A DNA stretch of 64,000 bases, from IMG/VR virus record IMGVR_UViG_3300042549_007727; one strand, written 5' to 3'. Positions 44,377 to 56,250 of this stretch are shown piece after piece (positions within the stretch are counted from its first letter, which is position 1; the number at the start of each line of letters is the position of its first letter). A model generated the notes under the pieces. The model did no database searches. It was not told where the DNA came from and worked only from the letters and a program-made list of their open reading frames with translations. The stretch is from a virus. The position numbers were made by a program, and so were the translations under genes.

Positions 44377-46467
44377 TTAGCCTACTATAACAACTTGGTA
44401 AGAATCGGCATCAACATCGTCTGCTGCTACCCAACTCAAAGTTGCGGTGTTGGTGTTAGTTCTGTCTACGTCAACTATTACTTCGTCAAAGCTGGCGATG
44501 TCGTAAACCTGGATTACTACGTTCCTAGTTCCTAGGTTGTGAGTAACTGTCCAAGTAACGGATCCGCTTGTTTCGGTTAGTAGTGGGTTTGCTGCAGTGT
44601 ACTTAGTTGTTGCACCAAGGTTTGTGCGAGCATCGGCTGCAGTAGTTGCACCAGTACCACCGTTTGCAATAGCAATGGTTGTACCGTTCCATGTACCAGT
44701 AGCAATTGTTCCTACTGTGGTAATGGATGACTGACCAGCGTAAGTAGACGCAATGTCAATCGCATCAGCAGCTACTGTAATTCTGTCAGCAGTGCCTACT
44801 GCGTTGAAGATGTTACCGTCTAGGGTTAGACCGTCGCCTGCAAGGAATGTTCCAGCACCAGAGAACTGTACCCAGGCAATGTTGTCAGTGCCTAGAGTTG
44901 CTATAACATTTGTCTGTACAAAACCAGCGTTGCCGTATGTGGCACCCTGATCTACGAATACGAAGTCACCTGGATCAATTTCGCCAGCACTGTCATAGTC
45001 AAGTGCACGAGAAAGAGTAGTTCCGTTAGATACGTAGATACCGTTCTGAGCTGCGTTTGTCTGAGCTCTAACAAGAACTCGGTCTCCGCTATTGATGGTT
45101 ACGCCATCAACAGCTGCAACTCCAGAGCCTAGGTTAACGTTTCCAGTTGTTGCTGCCTTTACAGAAGCGTGGACGTGTAGCCCTTCAGCTACTGAATCAA
45201 CGTAGCCCTTGGTTGCTGCATCGGTAGCATCAACAGGAGCACCTAAATTGGTGATTTTGTAGGTGCCAGCACTTAGGTCAGCGCTAAGAGCAGAACCAGA
45301 GCCCAATGTTTTGTTAGTTAGGGTCTGAGTGTCAGTGGTTCCTACTACGTTTCCAGTAACTCCGTGAACGCCACTGGTGTCGTCTGCGTGATCTGCAAGT
45401 TCGAGATCAACGTAGTTCTTAGTAGCTGCATCCTGTGCGCTTGTTGGGTCAGCAAGATCAACAATCTTGTTCTGGTCTGCATCTACGTTTGCACTTAGTA
45501 CAGTTCCTGAACCTAGGGTCTTGTTGGTTAGTGTCTGAGAGTCAGTGTCACCGACAACGTTTCCGGTTACTCCGTGAACGCCTGACTGAGCTGTGGTGTG
45601 GTCATCTAGGTTGTCCTGGACGCCATCTACATAGTCCTTAGTGGCGATCTCATTGCCAGCAACAGCTGAACCAATGTAGGAATCACCGTCTGCACTAAGG
45701 ATAATGTCGCCAGTAGTTGCTGTGATGTTAACATCGGCACCTGTAGCTACTGTCTTAAGGTCAAGATTTCCAAAGTTAGCCTTAACTTCAAACTCGTGAG
45801 TTGTTGGCTTAACCGCAATTTCGCCTTCATTAGCAATTGTTACACCGTCTGTGAAGTGCAGTGTGTCAATAATTCTCTTGTTTGAGAGGTCTTGAGTGTC
45901 GGTAGTTCCTACAACAGAGCCAGTTACGCCGTGAACGCCAGAAGATGCTTCAGTGTGATCATCTAAGTTGTCCTGAACACCACTTGCAGCACCAGCTGCG
46001 TCGTATGCGGATGCGGTTGCATCCAATGCACGCTGGTTGGTGAAGTACCTGTTAGTGGTTCCTTCTGTTAGATCATCAGTATCTGAGTCAGCAACGCCGT
46101 TCTCAGCTGTGATGGTAAGACCGCTACCGTTACCAGTAATGGTGATGTTAGTTAGGGTTGCACCTGTTAGAAGAGCAGCTGCATCGGTCTTAGCGCGTGC
46201 AGTAGTGTAATAAAGATTACTGGAGCCCTCGTCGATGTCGTCTGTGTCAGCAGCAGCAATAGCAGCATTAATTGCTTCTTCAACGTTGCCACCGGCAGCA
46301 AGGGATACCCAGGCGGTGCCGTTCCAGATAGTTAGTTGCTTAGTGTCAGTGTCATAGTAGATCTGACCTTCAACAGGGCTAGATGGAGCGACGGATAAGT
46401 TTTGAATCTTTGCATTTAAAAGCTCATTCTTATTAAGATTGAGCCCAGTTAGAAATTGACGAGCCAT
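44377..46467 (-). CDS. Tail-fibre-like virion protein
   Basis: DAATKNYVD and HGVTG.VVG...TQTLTNKTL repeats; RVLVRAQT.AAQNGIY domain; VTHNLG C-terminus. Confidence 0.75.
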   Translation of the reverse strand: MARQFLTGLNLNKNELLNAKIQNLSVAPSSPVEGQIYYDTDTKQLTIWNGTAWVSLAAGGNVEEAINAAIAAADTDDIDEGSSNLYYTTARAKTDAAALLTGATLTNITITGNGSGLTITAENGVADSDTDDLTEGTTNRYFTNQRALDATASAYDAAGAASGVQDNLDDHTEASSGVHGVTGSVVGTTDTQDLSNKRIIDTLHFTDGVTIANEGEIAVKPTTHEFEVKANFGNLDLKTVATGADVNITATTGDIILSADGDSYIGSAVAGNEIATKDYVDGVQDNLDDHTTAQSGVHGVTGNVVGDTDSQTLTNKTLGSGTVLSANVDADQNKIVDLADPTSAQDAATKNYVDLELADHADDTSGVHGVTGNVVGTTDTQTLTNKTLGSGSALSADLSAGTYKITNLGAPVDATDAATKGYVDSVAEGLHVHASVKAATTGNVNLGSGVAAVDGVTINSGDRVLVRAQTNAAQNGIYVSNGTTLSRALDYDSAGEIDPGDFVFVDQGATYGNAGFVQTNVIATLGTDNIAWVQFSGAGTFLAGDGLTLDGNIFNAVGTADRITVAADAIDIASTYAGQSSITTVGTIATGTWNGTTIAIANGGTGATTAADARTNLGATTKYTAANPLLTETSGSVTWTVTHNLGTRNVVIQVYDIASFDEVIVDVDRTNTNTATLSWVAADDVDADSYQVVIVG

Positions 46468-46485
46468 TGTTAATGTTCTTCTTTC

Positions 46486-46803
46486 TTATGAGAGATGAGC
46501 TTTTCCAGAGATTGCCGCTGAAAAAGTAATGATTAGTGTTACTTGATTGGTGTGATTGACTGTGCCCTCTACCATTGAGTTAGCGCTATCGTAAACGGTA
46601 ACGTTCGGGTAGAAGTTTAGGTTGTGGTTTACTGTCCACTCAGCTGATGCAGCCCCCTGGTTGTGTACGTATGAAACTAGATCTATTATTTCGTCAGACT
46701 GAAGACCAGAAACTCCTGCTTCACCCTGGGGTCCGGGCGCAGTGACTACTATCTGTCTTATGTTCCTACCAGAGCTAACGGTGCTTGGGACATCGCTTGG
46801 CAT
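46486..46803 (-). CDS. Small virion protein
   Basis: VVTAPGPQG, then H.Q..AS..W.V.HNL..YP.V.V domain. Confidence 0.7.
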   Translation of the reverse strand: MPSDVPSTVSSGRNIRQIVVTAPGPQGEAGVSGLQSDEIIDLVSYVHNQGAASAEWTVNHNLNFYPNVTVYDSANSMVEGTVNHTNQVTLIITFSAAISGKAHLS

Positions 46804-47165
46804 TATCTGGTTACCTCCGGCCTAACTACAAAATTTCCGCGTAATATTTTGTATACGTACAAGTTGCTACTAGGGGCTACCATCTCTAGGTCGTATAAAT
46901 ACTTACCCTCTGAGATAGTCGCCATAGTCTCATCTGAAACGTACAAATTGATATGGCCGTTACTCTCGCCTAGAGTGATTCCGTCATTTTCTGTAGTAAG
47001 ATTTAAAATCACTTCAGAGCTGTTGGAAGCGAGCCTAACTTTCATTCTGGCTGTATATCCCCGCAGAAGAATGGGCTTTTTAGCCGGATCTCTCCAAACA
47101 ATTGTGCGTGCCAGGGTGGAACCTTGGTCAGCTACAATGTTATAAAGACCGGCAGGAGCACTCAT
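46803..47165 (-). CDS. Small virion adaptor protein, paralog of 22361-22720
   Basis: DQGSTL...YTARMKVR...YLYDLE...G.F.VRPEVTR. Confidence 0.7.
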   Translation of the reverse strand: MSAPAGLYNIVADQGSTLARTIVWRDPAKKPILLRGYTARMKVRLASNSSEVILNLTTENDGITLGESNGHINLYVSDETMATISEGKYLYDLEMVAPSSNLYVYKILRGNFVVRPEVTR

Positions 47166-47244
47166 TTAACTCTTTCGGCAAGGGTACAGTCTCTATTATT
47201 TTACCTCATTTAGAGTTTGCCAATAAGGGCCGTATACTATCTAT

Positions 47245-47472
47245 ATGAGTACAAGCTTAGAAACTATAGAAGTCTCTGAACTAGAGACTGAAGACGTAAA
47301 TAGGTTTGCTCATTACGCTGAAAAAGTGTCGGTAACTGAGGGTTATGTCTTAGGCACACCTGTCCTTGCCGTATGCGGTAAACTTTTTATTCCTTCTAGG
47401 GACCCCAAAAAATTTCCTCTTTGCCCGATTTGCAAAAAAATTTCTGAGGCGTTATTCTTTTCTGAAGAGTAA
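47245..47472 (+). CDS. DUF3039-family protein (actinobacterial, zinc-binding)
   Basis: RFAHY..K..V....V.GTPV.A.CGK.F.PSRDP.KFP.CP.CK. Confidence 0.85.
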   Translation: MSTSLETIEVSELETEDVNRFAHYAEKVSVTEGYVLGTPVLAVCGKLFIPSRDPKKFPLCPICKKISEALFFSEE

Positions 47473-47515
47473 AAATCAACCTTTGTTTTTTGTTCTATAC
47501 TGGTAACCCAGCCAG

Positions 47516-47550
47516 TCCTGACGTTGATCTTTAGATTAAAAACGTCAGGA
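47516..47550 (+). promoter_or_regulatory. Hairpin in the predicted nrdH 5' leader
   Basis: TCCTGACGTT / AACGTCAGGA perfect 10-bp stem downstream of TATACT at 47496. Confidence 0.5.
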
Positions 47551-47584
47551 TTTCTCATCTCTCCCTTAGGAAGGTACCTAAAAA

Positions 47585-47806
47585 ATGGTAACTGTGTACA
47601 CTTTGCCGTCGTGCGTTCAATGCGAAAGCACAAAAAAATATTTAGCAAAGATGGACATACCATTTGAGACAGTAGATTTGGCAGAAGACGAGGTCGCTAT
47701 GGATCTTGTTAGAAGTCTTGGATATCAAGCAGCTCCTGTAATTGTTTCTGGAGATAGCCACTGGAGCGGGTTCCGCCCAGACAAGCTAGACGCCCTAACT
47801 AACTGA
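47585..47806 (+). CDS. nrdH: Glutaredoxin-like protein NrdH
   Basis: CVQC, GYQAAPV, WSGFRPDK. Confidence 0.95.
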   Translation: MVTVYTLPSCVQCESTKKYLAKMDIPFETVDLAEDEVAMDLVRSLGYQAAPVIVSGDSHWSGFRPDKLDALTN

Positions 47807-48201
47807 GGCATCGTGTTTGACATCGTTTATTTTTCGAACGTGTCTGAAAACACTAAAAGGTTTGTAGAAAAACTTGAGCTAAACTCCATAAGAGTTCCAA
47901 TCAAGTGGGATGACAATAACCCCCTAATAGTGACCAAAGACTTTGTTTTAGTCACTCCCTCTTACGGGGGCGGGGCTGAAGGCAAGACTGTTCCTAGGCC
48001 TGTAGTTAAGTTTCTTAACTTAGAGGTAAACAGAAAGTTTTTACGAGGTATTGTAGGAACCGGAAATACCAACTTTGGCGACCACTACTGTGGGGCAGCT
48101 GAAGTTATTGCAGCAAAGACAGGTGTGCCTTTGCTGTATCGAGTAGAAGTTACTGGCACACCGGATGATGTGATTGAAGTTAAAGAGAGGCTAGACCAAC
48201 T

Positions 48202-51279
<3,078 letters not shown>

Positions 51280-51280
<1 letters not shown>

Positions 51281-51465
51281 TGCCAACCTATGAATACAAA
51301 TGTTCAGAAAATCCTGAACACCGATTTACAGAAATACGTGAAATGTCAGAAGAAGCAAGTAGATCAACTTGCGCTGAACCAAGCTGCGATGGTAGACTCA
51401 TACGTATATTCGGAACTCCTTCTATTAGATTTAATGGGACGGGGTTTAACTCAAGTCGAGGTTGA
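51280..51465 (+). CDS. FmdB-family zinc-ribbon protein
   Basis: MPTYEYKC...C....C...F.GTGF. Confidence 0.75.
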
Positions 51466-51480
51466 AAGGTGCGCACTTAA

Positions 51481-51843
51481 ATGGCAGGTCTTTACCCGAC
51501 GGAGGGGACTGGAATAGTTCCATGGTTTCTACTTAACACCGATGCTGTGCCGCTTTGTGCTGAAACAGACCCTGATGCTTTTTTCTCTAAAGACTATTTT
51601 GACGATGAAGACAAAAGACCTCGTACATTGTCTTACGAAAACGAGCGTGCTACAAAAGCAATATGCGCTGAGTGCCCGATGAAACTCGACTGTCTAACAT
51701 ATGCAATTGAAACTGGTCAGCACGGGATCTGGGGAGGCACTACGGAAAACGAGCGCTTAGCTATTCGTAGGGGTAGAGGTATTAAGCTGCAACGAGCCCT
51801 AGGACTAACTCCTACTAAGAGAGTTCAAAACGCGGTAAAATAG
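51481..51843 (+). CDS. whiB: WhiB-family transcription regulator
   Basis: LCAETDPDAFF, KAICAECPMKLDCL.YA, GIWGGTTENER. Confidence 0.9.
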   Translation: MAGLYPTEGTGIVPWFLLNTDAVPLCAETDPDAFFSKDYFDDEDKRPRTLSYENERATKAICAECPMKLDCLTYAIETGQHGIWGGTTENERLAIRRGRGIKLQRALGLTPTKRVQNAVK

Positions 51844-51896
51844 AAGAGCCTGGGAGAGAGGCATTTAACCTATTAACTCTACCCAGGGAGATACCT

Positions 51897-52157
51897 TTGA
51901 ATATCCTAAAAACAGTCACTAAGAGGACTATAGCTCTTATCATCCTACGTGTCAGCGGAACCCTTGCTGGTGGTAGCATCGCTGGAGTTGAGCTCTGGCA
52001 AGCAGCAATGTTGGCAGCCTTTATTGGTGTAATGGACGTTGCTGAATCACTATCCAGATCATACGTAGTTGACGGAGATCTAAGTGAAGAAGAGATCCAG
52101 CGCGCTTTTGCAAGCTCAGCTGAAGCAGAACTTTCAAGTCAGAGCAAGAAAAAGTAA
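51897..52157 (+). CDS. Small membrane protein (holin-like topology)
   Basis: Two hydrophobic segments, basic C-terminus, GGGAG SD. Confidence 0.55.
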   Translation: MNILKTVTKRTIALIILRVSGTLAGGSIAGVELWQAAMLAAFIGVMDVAESLSRSYVVDGDLSEEEIQRAFASSAEAELSSQSKKK

Positions 52158-52178
52158 AGTAATAGACTAAAAACCTCT

Positions 52179-52217
52179 AAAAAGAGGGCTACATCAATTT
52201 GGTGTGGCCCTCTTTTT
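52179..52217 (+). terminator. Intrinsic (possibly bidirectional) terminator
   Basis: AAAAAGAGGGCTACATCA / TGGTGTGGCCCTCTTTTT. Confidence 0.8.
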
Positions 52218-52233
52218 CTGCTATGGTGTATAC

Positions 52234-52476
52234 ATGGATATGAATTTTGAAGACTGGCTAAAGCTAGGTATTGAAAATGGTTGGTGTGGTCCAGCTGTCT
52301 GCTACACTCACGATGGGCTGCCTACATCAGAACCTGAAGATGCTGAGTTTGAAGAGGGCAATGACCCCTGTCTTCACATCATTAGACTGTATGAAGATGA
52401 CGACCACAAAGCTGCAATCGAGGCTGCCCACTCTCCTTCAACTTGGAGAGCATCTAACCGCGGTATTGACGTTTAA
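52234..52476 (+). CDS. Hypothetical phage protein with Cys/His motifs
   Basis: GWCGPAVCYTHDG...DPCLH; ATG 52234 preferred because the 52204 start lies inside the terminator. Confidence 0.7.
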   Translation: MDMNFEDWLKLGIENGWCGPAVCYTHDGLPTSEPEDAEFEEGNDPCLHIIRLYEDDDHKAAIEAAHSPSTWRASNRGIDV

Positions 52477-52487
52477 AAGGAGATAAA

Positions 52488-52622
52488 ATGGCAAAAGGAA
52501 AAGGTGGAGCTCCAGCTCCTGCAGCAAAGAACACTTCTGGCGAAGGCCGTAATAACGGTAAAGCCGTAAAGAAGCACCCTAAAGTATTTGACCCTGTCAA
52601 GCGTAGATTAGTTAATAAGTAA
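52488..52622 (+). CDS. 44-aa basic protein missing from the ORF track
   Basis: AAGGAG SD; MAKGKGGAPAPAAKNTSGEGRNNGKAVKKHPKVFDPVKRRLVNK fills the gap before the tRNA. Confidence 0.7.
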   Translation: MAKGKGGAPAPAAKNTSGEGRNNGKAVKKHPKVFDPVKRRLVNK

Positions 52623-52629
52623 CTAGTAA

Positions 52630-52701
52630 TCCTCTCTAGCTCAACGGCAGAGCGTTCGACTGTTAATCGGATGGTTCGTGGTTCGAATCCACGGAGGGGA
52701 G
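52630..52701 (+). tRNA. tRNA-Asn (GTT), CCA not encoded
   Basis: TCCTCTC/GAGGGGA acceptor, GCTC/GAGC D arm, TTCGA-CTGTTAA-TCGGA anticodon arm, GGTTCGAATCC T arm. Confidence 0.95.
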
Positions 52702-52797
52702 CGGAGACTCAAATCTCCAAGAAGCGGGCCCATCAGTAAACGAGCTATTCTCAAAAAATCTGAAACGGGTCCGCTTTTTATGTTTTATTTTTAACTA

Positions 52798-53427
52798 TTA
52801 AATTTCGTGAGCCAGTCTCTGGTGTTCAGGCGGTATGACTGCGTAGTTAGGCTTATACTCTATGCTTGTATCTACAACATCAAAGAAGTGGCTAAGAATA
52901 TTTATTCTAGATCCGCTAGAGACTTTGTTTACTGCATGTCTAGTGTAGAATCCTGGGAAAAACACTAAGGTCCCGGCAGTTGGTTTTAGCGATATTTTTT
53001 GATGTTCAAAAACTAATTCTCCGCCCTCATAGTCATCGTTTAAAAACAAACCCATAACGTATGTCATGCTGTTTAACTCTTCTATTGGCTGATCTATTGG
53101 CCTATCATCCGTGTGTCCATCTAGATAGGCCCCTTGGTGCATATAGTTAACATGAGATCTGTTTAGCTCGAAAGAGGTTCCTCGCATTTTATACTTATCA
53201 AGAAAAAATTGTTTGCCAAAAGCTACTGCTTCATAGAGCACATGCTCTGGATCAAATTTGTTAAAAGTATCTTTATTGGAAAAACTCTCTGGTCCGCCTA
53301 AGCTTAGGTTGCCATAAAACTCTCTAGGGTCTTCATCCTCGTGAATTAAAAAATACTTTAAAAGGTCTGAACACTGCTTTTTAGTTATGTAGTTTTCAAT
53401 AACATAGTATGGCTCTATGGTGTTCAA
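52798..53427 (-). CDS. 2OG-Fe(II) oxygenase
   Basis: HTD, FLNDDYEGGEL, RHAV...GSR. Confidence 0.9.
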   Translation of the reverse strand: MNTIEPYYVIENYITKKQCSDLLKYFLIHEDEDPREFYGNLSLGGPESFSNKDTFNKFDPEHVLYEAVAFGKQFFLDKYKMRGTSFELNRSHVNYMHQGAYLDGHTDDRPIDQPIEELNSMTYVMGLFLNDDYEGGELVFEHQKISLKPTAGTLVFFPGFYTRHAVNKVSSGSRINILSHFFDVVDTSIEYKPNYAVIPPEHQRLAHEI

Positions 53428-53515
53428 GTGGGCTCCTATACAAAGATTTAAACATAATTATACCTTAATTTAAAACTAAAGACTAAGCGCTAGTTTACGG
53501 TATTAGTATAGTCTT

Positions 53516-54952
53516 ATGAGAATTTTAGGTATAAATGAGACTACCCATGATGCCTCTGTTTGCGTGCTAGAAGATGACAATATACTCTTTGCCGGGCATG
53601 CTGAGCGCTACTCAAAAGTGAAAAATGATTGGTTTACTAATCCTGAAATATTAGACGAAGCACTGTCTTATGGTAAGCCAGATGCAATTGCATATTATGA
53701 GCGGCCGCTAATAAAAAAGCTTAGAATTGCAACTAAGGGTGGCTTTGGTGGGGGCAAACCTTTTTATAAAACCTATGCCCCATTAAAGGGCATTAAGTCC
53801 TACAACTTCTCCCATCACTACTCTCATGCGGCCGCTGGGTACTATACTTCTAATTTTAAAGACGCGCTTATTGTAGTTTTAGATTCTATTGGAGAATTTG
53901 ATACCGGATCAGTATGGATTGGTAGTGGGTCGAACATAAAATCTCTAAAAAAATTAAAATATCCAATGAGCTTTGGTCTTTTTTATTCTGCATTTACAGA
54001 TTTACTAGGGCTTAAAGCTAATGAAGAAGAGTACATAATGATGGGGATGGCAGCTTATGGGGATCCCGAGAGGTACTGGGAAAAAGTGAATAGCTACTTC
54101 CCGATGTCGGGGGTACAAAAGTACAACTTTCATCAAGGTATAACGGACTGGACTGAGCCCATCGGCGATCAGGATCGCTTTGATGTTGCAGCCGCTGTTC
54201 AAAAAGTTTATGAGGCCAGGCTCTGGGAACTTATGTGTATGTGGAAAGCAAGGACTGGAAAAGACAATTTAGTCTTTATGGGCGGATGTGCCCTGAATAG
54301 TAAAGCTAACACAATGCTTTGGAAAATATTTAAAAATGTTTGGATTATGCCTAATCCTGGTGATTCCGGGTCAGCGTTAGGTGCAGCTGCAGCTTTATAT
54401 GGGGATCATGTTAGTTGGAGTGGTCCTTATTTAGGGACAAGTATTGGTGGCTCGTACCCAGCTGAAAAAATAATAAACGCTATTATCAAAGATGGAGTAG
54501 CTGCAGTGGCAAATGGTAGAGCTGAGTACGGGCCAAGGGCTCTGGGGAATAGGAGTATCTTGGCTGACCCTCGGGATCCCGACATAAAGGACAAAGTAAA
54601 TTTAATAAAGCAACGGGAGTTGTTTAGGCCCTTTGCACCAGTAGTTATGGAAGAGCATGCTAGTGAATGGTTCGATATGGACTATGCCTCCCCTTATATG
54701 CAATATACCCCTAAATGTTTGAAGCCAGAATTAGTCCCTGCGGTTGTTCATATAGATGGCACGTCTAGGGTACAGACAGTTAGTAGGAAGCAAAATCCTG
54801 GTCTTTACAGTGTTTTAGAGAAGTGGTACAAGCTTACTGGAGTACCTATTCTCTTAAATACAAGTTTAAATGTAAAAGGTCAACCTATAATTAATGATAA
54901 AGTTGACATAAGCAACTGGGAAAAACACTACAAAAGGAAAATATTATTTTAA
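53516..54952 (+). CDS. Carbamoyltransferase (NodU/CmcH/TobZ family)
   Basis: HDAS, ERYS, HHYSHAA, MGMAAYG, GGCALN, EYGPRALGNRSILADP, RPFAP, LNTSLN. Confidence 0.93.
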   Translation: MRILGINETTHDASVCVLEDDNILFAGHAERYSKVKNDWFTNPEILDEALSYGKPDAIAYYERPLIKKLRIATKGGFGGGKPFYKTYAPLKGIKSYNFSHHYSHAAAGYYTSNFKDALIVVLDSIGEFDTGSVWIGSGSNIKSLKKLKYPMSFGLFYSAFTDLLGLKANEEEYIMMGMAAYGDPERYWEKVNSYFPMSGVQKYNFHQGITDWTEPIGDQDRFDVAAAVQKVYEARLWELMCMWKARTGKDNLVFMGGCALNSKANTMLWKIFKNVWIMPNPGDSGSALGAAAALYGDHVSWSGPYLGTSIGGSYPAEKIINAIIKDGVAAVANGRAEYGPRALGNRSILADPRDPDIKDKVNLIKQRELFRPFAPVVMEEHASEWFDMDYASPYMQYTPKCLKPELVPAVVHIDGTSRVQTVSRKQNPGLYSVLEKWYKLTGVPILLNTSLNVKGQPIINDKVDISNWEKHYKRKILF

Positions 54953-55065
54953 TAAAATTTTTGTACTATCTTGAAAATTTATACTTAAAAGTTAAACATT
55001 TTTTTTGTCCTCCAAAAAAAGACAAAACCAAGTACATTTATTAATATAGCATATAAGATACTCAC

Positions 55066-55596
55066 GTGGAAACAATAAAACATTACAGCCAAATTTGGGA
55101 AGTTCAAGGGTTTCTTTCAAAAGAAGAACTTCTATATTTTAATGAGCTTCCGAGTAAGGTTTTAGAGCTAGACTGGTTTTCTGTGGACGGGCCGGAGCAC
55201 TGGAGGGGCAGAGATCTTGTTCTAGAAAAAACTTTAGAACTTGACAATTTAGAAAAAAAAGTTGCTTCTTTGTTTAAAAATTATGAGCGAATTCATGACA
55301 TACAAAGCCTTCTTCGTTATAGGTCCGGGGATATGCTGGGAGAGCACAGGGACAATAGCGAAGAGTCGGACTATAACAACATATACGGTCTAATAATTTA
55401 CTTAAATGACGACTACGAGGGCGGGGAAATTTACTATCCAGATGTAAATATTAAGATAAAACCTAAGGCAGGATCTATTGTCATTCATGACGCGGGCATC
55501 CTTCACGGAGTAAAGCCTGTCGTTGGTACTAAGATAAGATATGTCTTAACTAGTTTTGTTAAAGGTGACAAAACAACATGTTTTTTAGGAGAATGA
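55066..55596 (+). CDS. 2OG-Fe(II) oxygenase
   Basis: HRD, YLNDDYEGGEI, LHGV...IRY. Confidence 0.88.
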   Translation: METIKHYSQIWEVQGFLSKEELLYFNELPSKVLELDWFSVDGPEHWRGRDLVLEKTLELDNLEKKVASLFKNYERIHDIQSLLRYRSGDMLGEHRDNSEESDYNNIYGLIIYLNDDYEGGEIYYPDVNIKIKPKAGSIVIHDAGILHGVKPVVGTKIRYVLTSFVKGDKTTCFLGE

Positions 55597-55597
55597 A

Positions 55598-56167
55598 ATG
55601 CTGTCTGATCAGTTTGTTTTAGATATTTTAGACAATAAAAAGAACGGCTATTATGTGGAGCTAGGTGGGGCTGATCCGATAGAGGGAAGCAACACTTATA
55701 GTCTAGAAACAAAATATGGTTGGAAAGGGGTCTCTTTTGATTGGAACGAAAAACACGCTGAGAATTTTAATCAGCTTAGAGAGAATCCGTGTCTTGCAGA
55801 AAATGCTTTAACTTTTGACCATAGGAAGTACTTTGAAGAGAACAATTTTCCGGAGAGAATAGACTATCTACAAGTTGATGTAGACACCGGTTACACAGCG
55901 GGTGGTCGTCCAATAAGTAATCCTGCAGCAAACCTACTTGGTTTAATTTCTCTTCCACTAAATTCATATAGGTTTTCAGTAATTACCTTCGAGCACGATG
56001 CTTTAATTCACTTTAAACTGGGGTCTGTTAGGGATGCCGCCCGTGAGATTCTTGATGGCTTGGGCTATTCTCTAGTTCAACGTCACACTTGGGAAGACTG
56101 GTGGGTTGATCCAGAAATATCTCACTATATGACATACAGAAAACATTTTATTGCTTTAGCCCCATAG
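55598..56167 (+). CDS. FkbM-like SAM-dependent methyltransferase
   Basis: GYYVELGGAD...SNTY.LE..YGWKG, IDYLQVDVD, VITFEHD. Confidence 0.75.
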   Translation: MLSDQFVLDILDNKKNGYYVELGGADPIEGSNTYSLETKYGWKGVSFDWNEKHAENFNQLRENPCLAENALTFDHRKYFEENNFPERIDYLQVDVDTGYTAGGRPISNPAANLLGLISLPLNSYRFSVITFEHDALIHFKLGSVRDAAREILDGLGYSLVQRHTWEDWWVDPEISHYMTYRKHFIALAP

Positions 56168-56250
56168 CTAGCTAAAAACCTGCGCTGGGCCCCCTTTTTA
56201 CTGTTTTTGTGTTAGGATTTCATTAATAGCACTATACAGGGAGAAATTTA

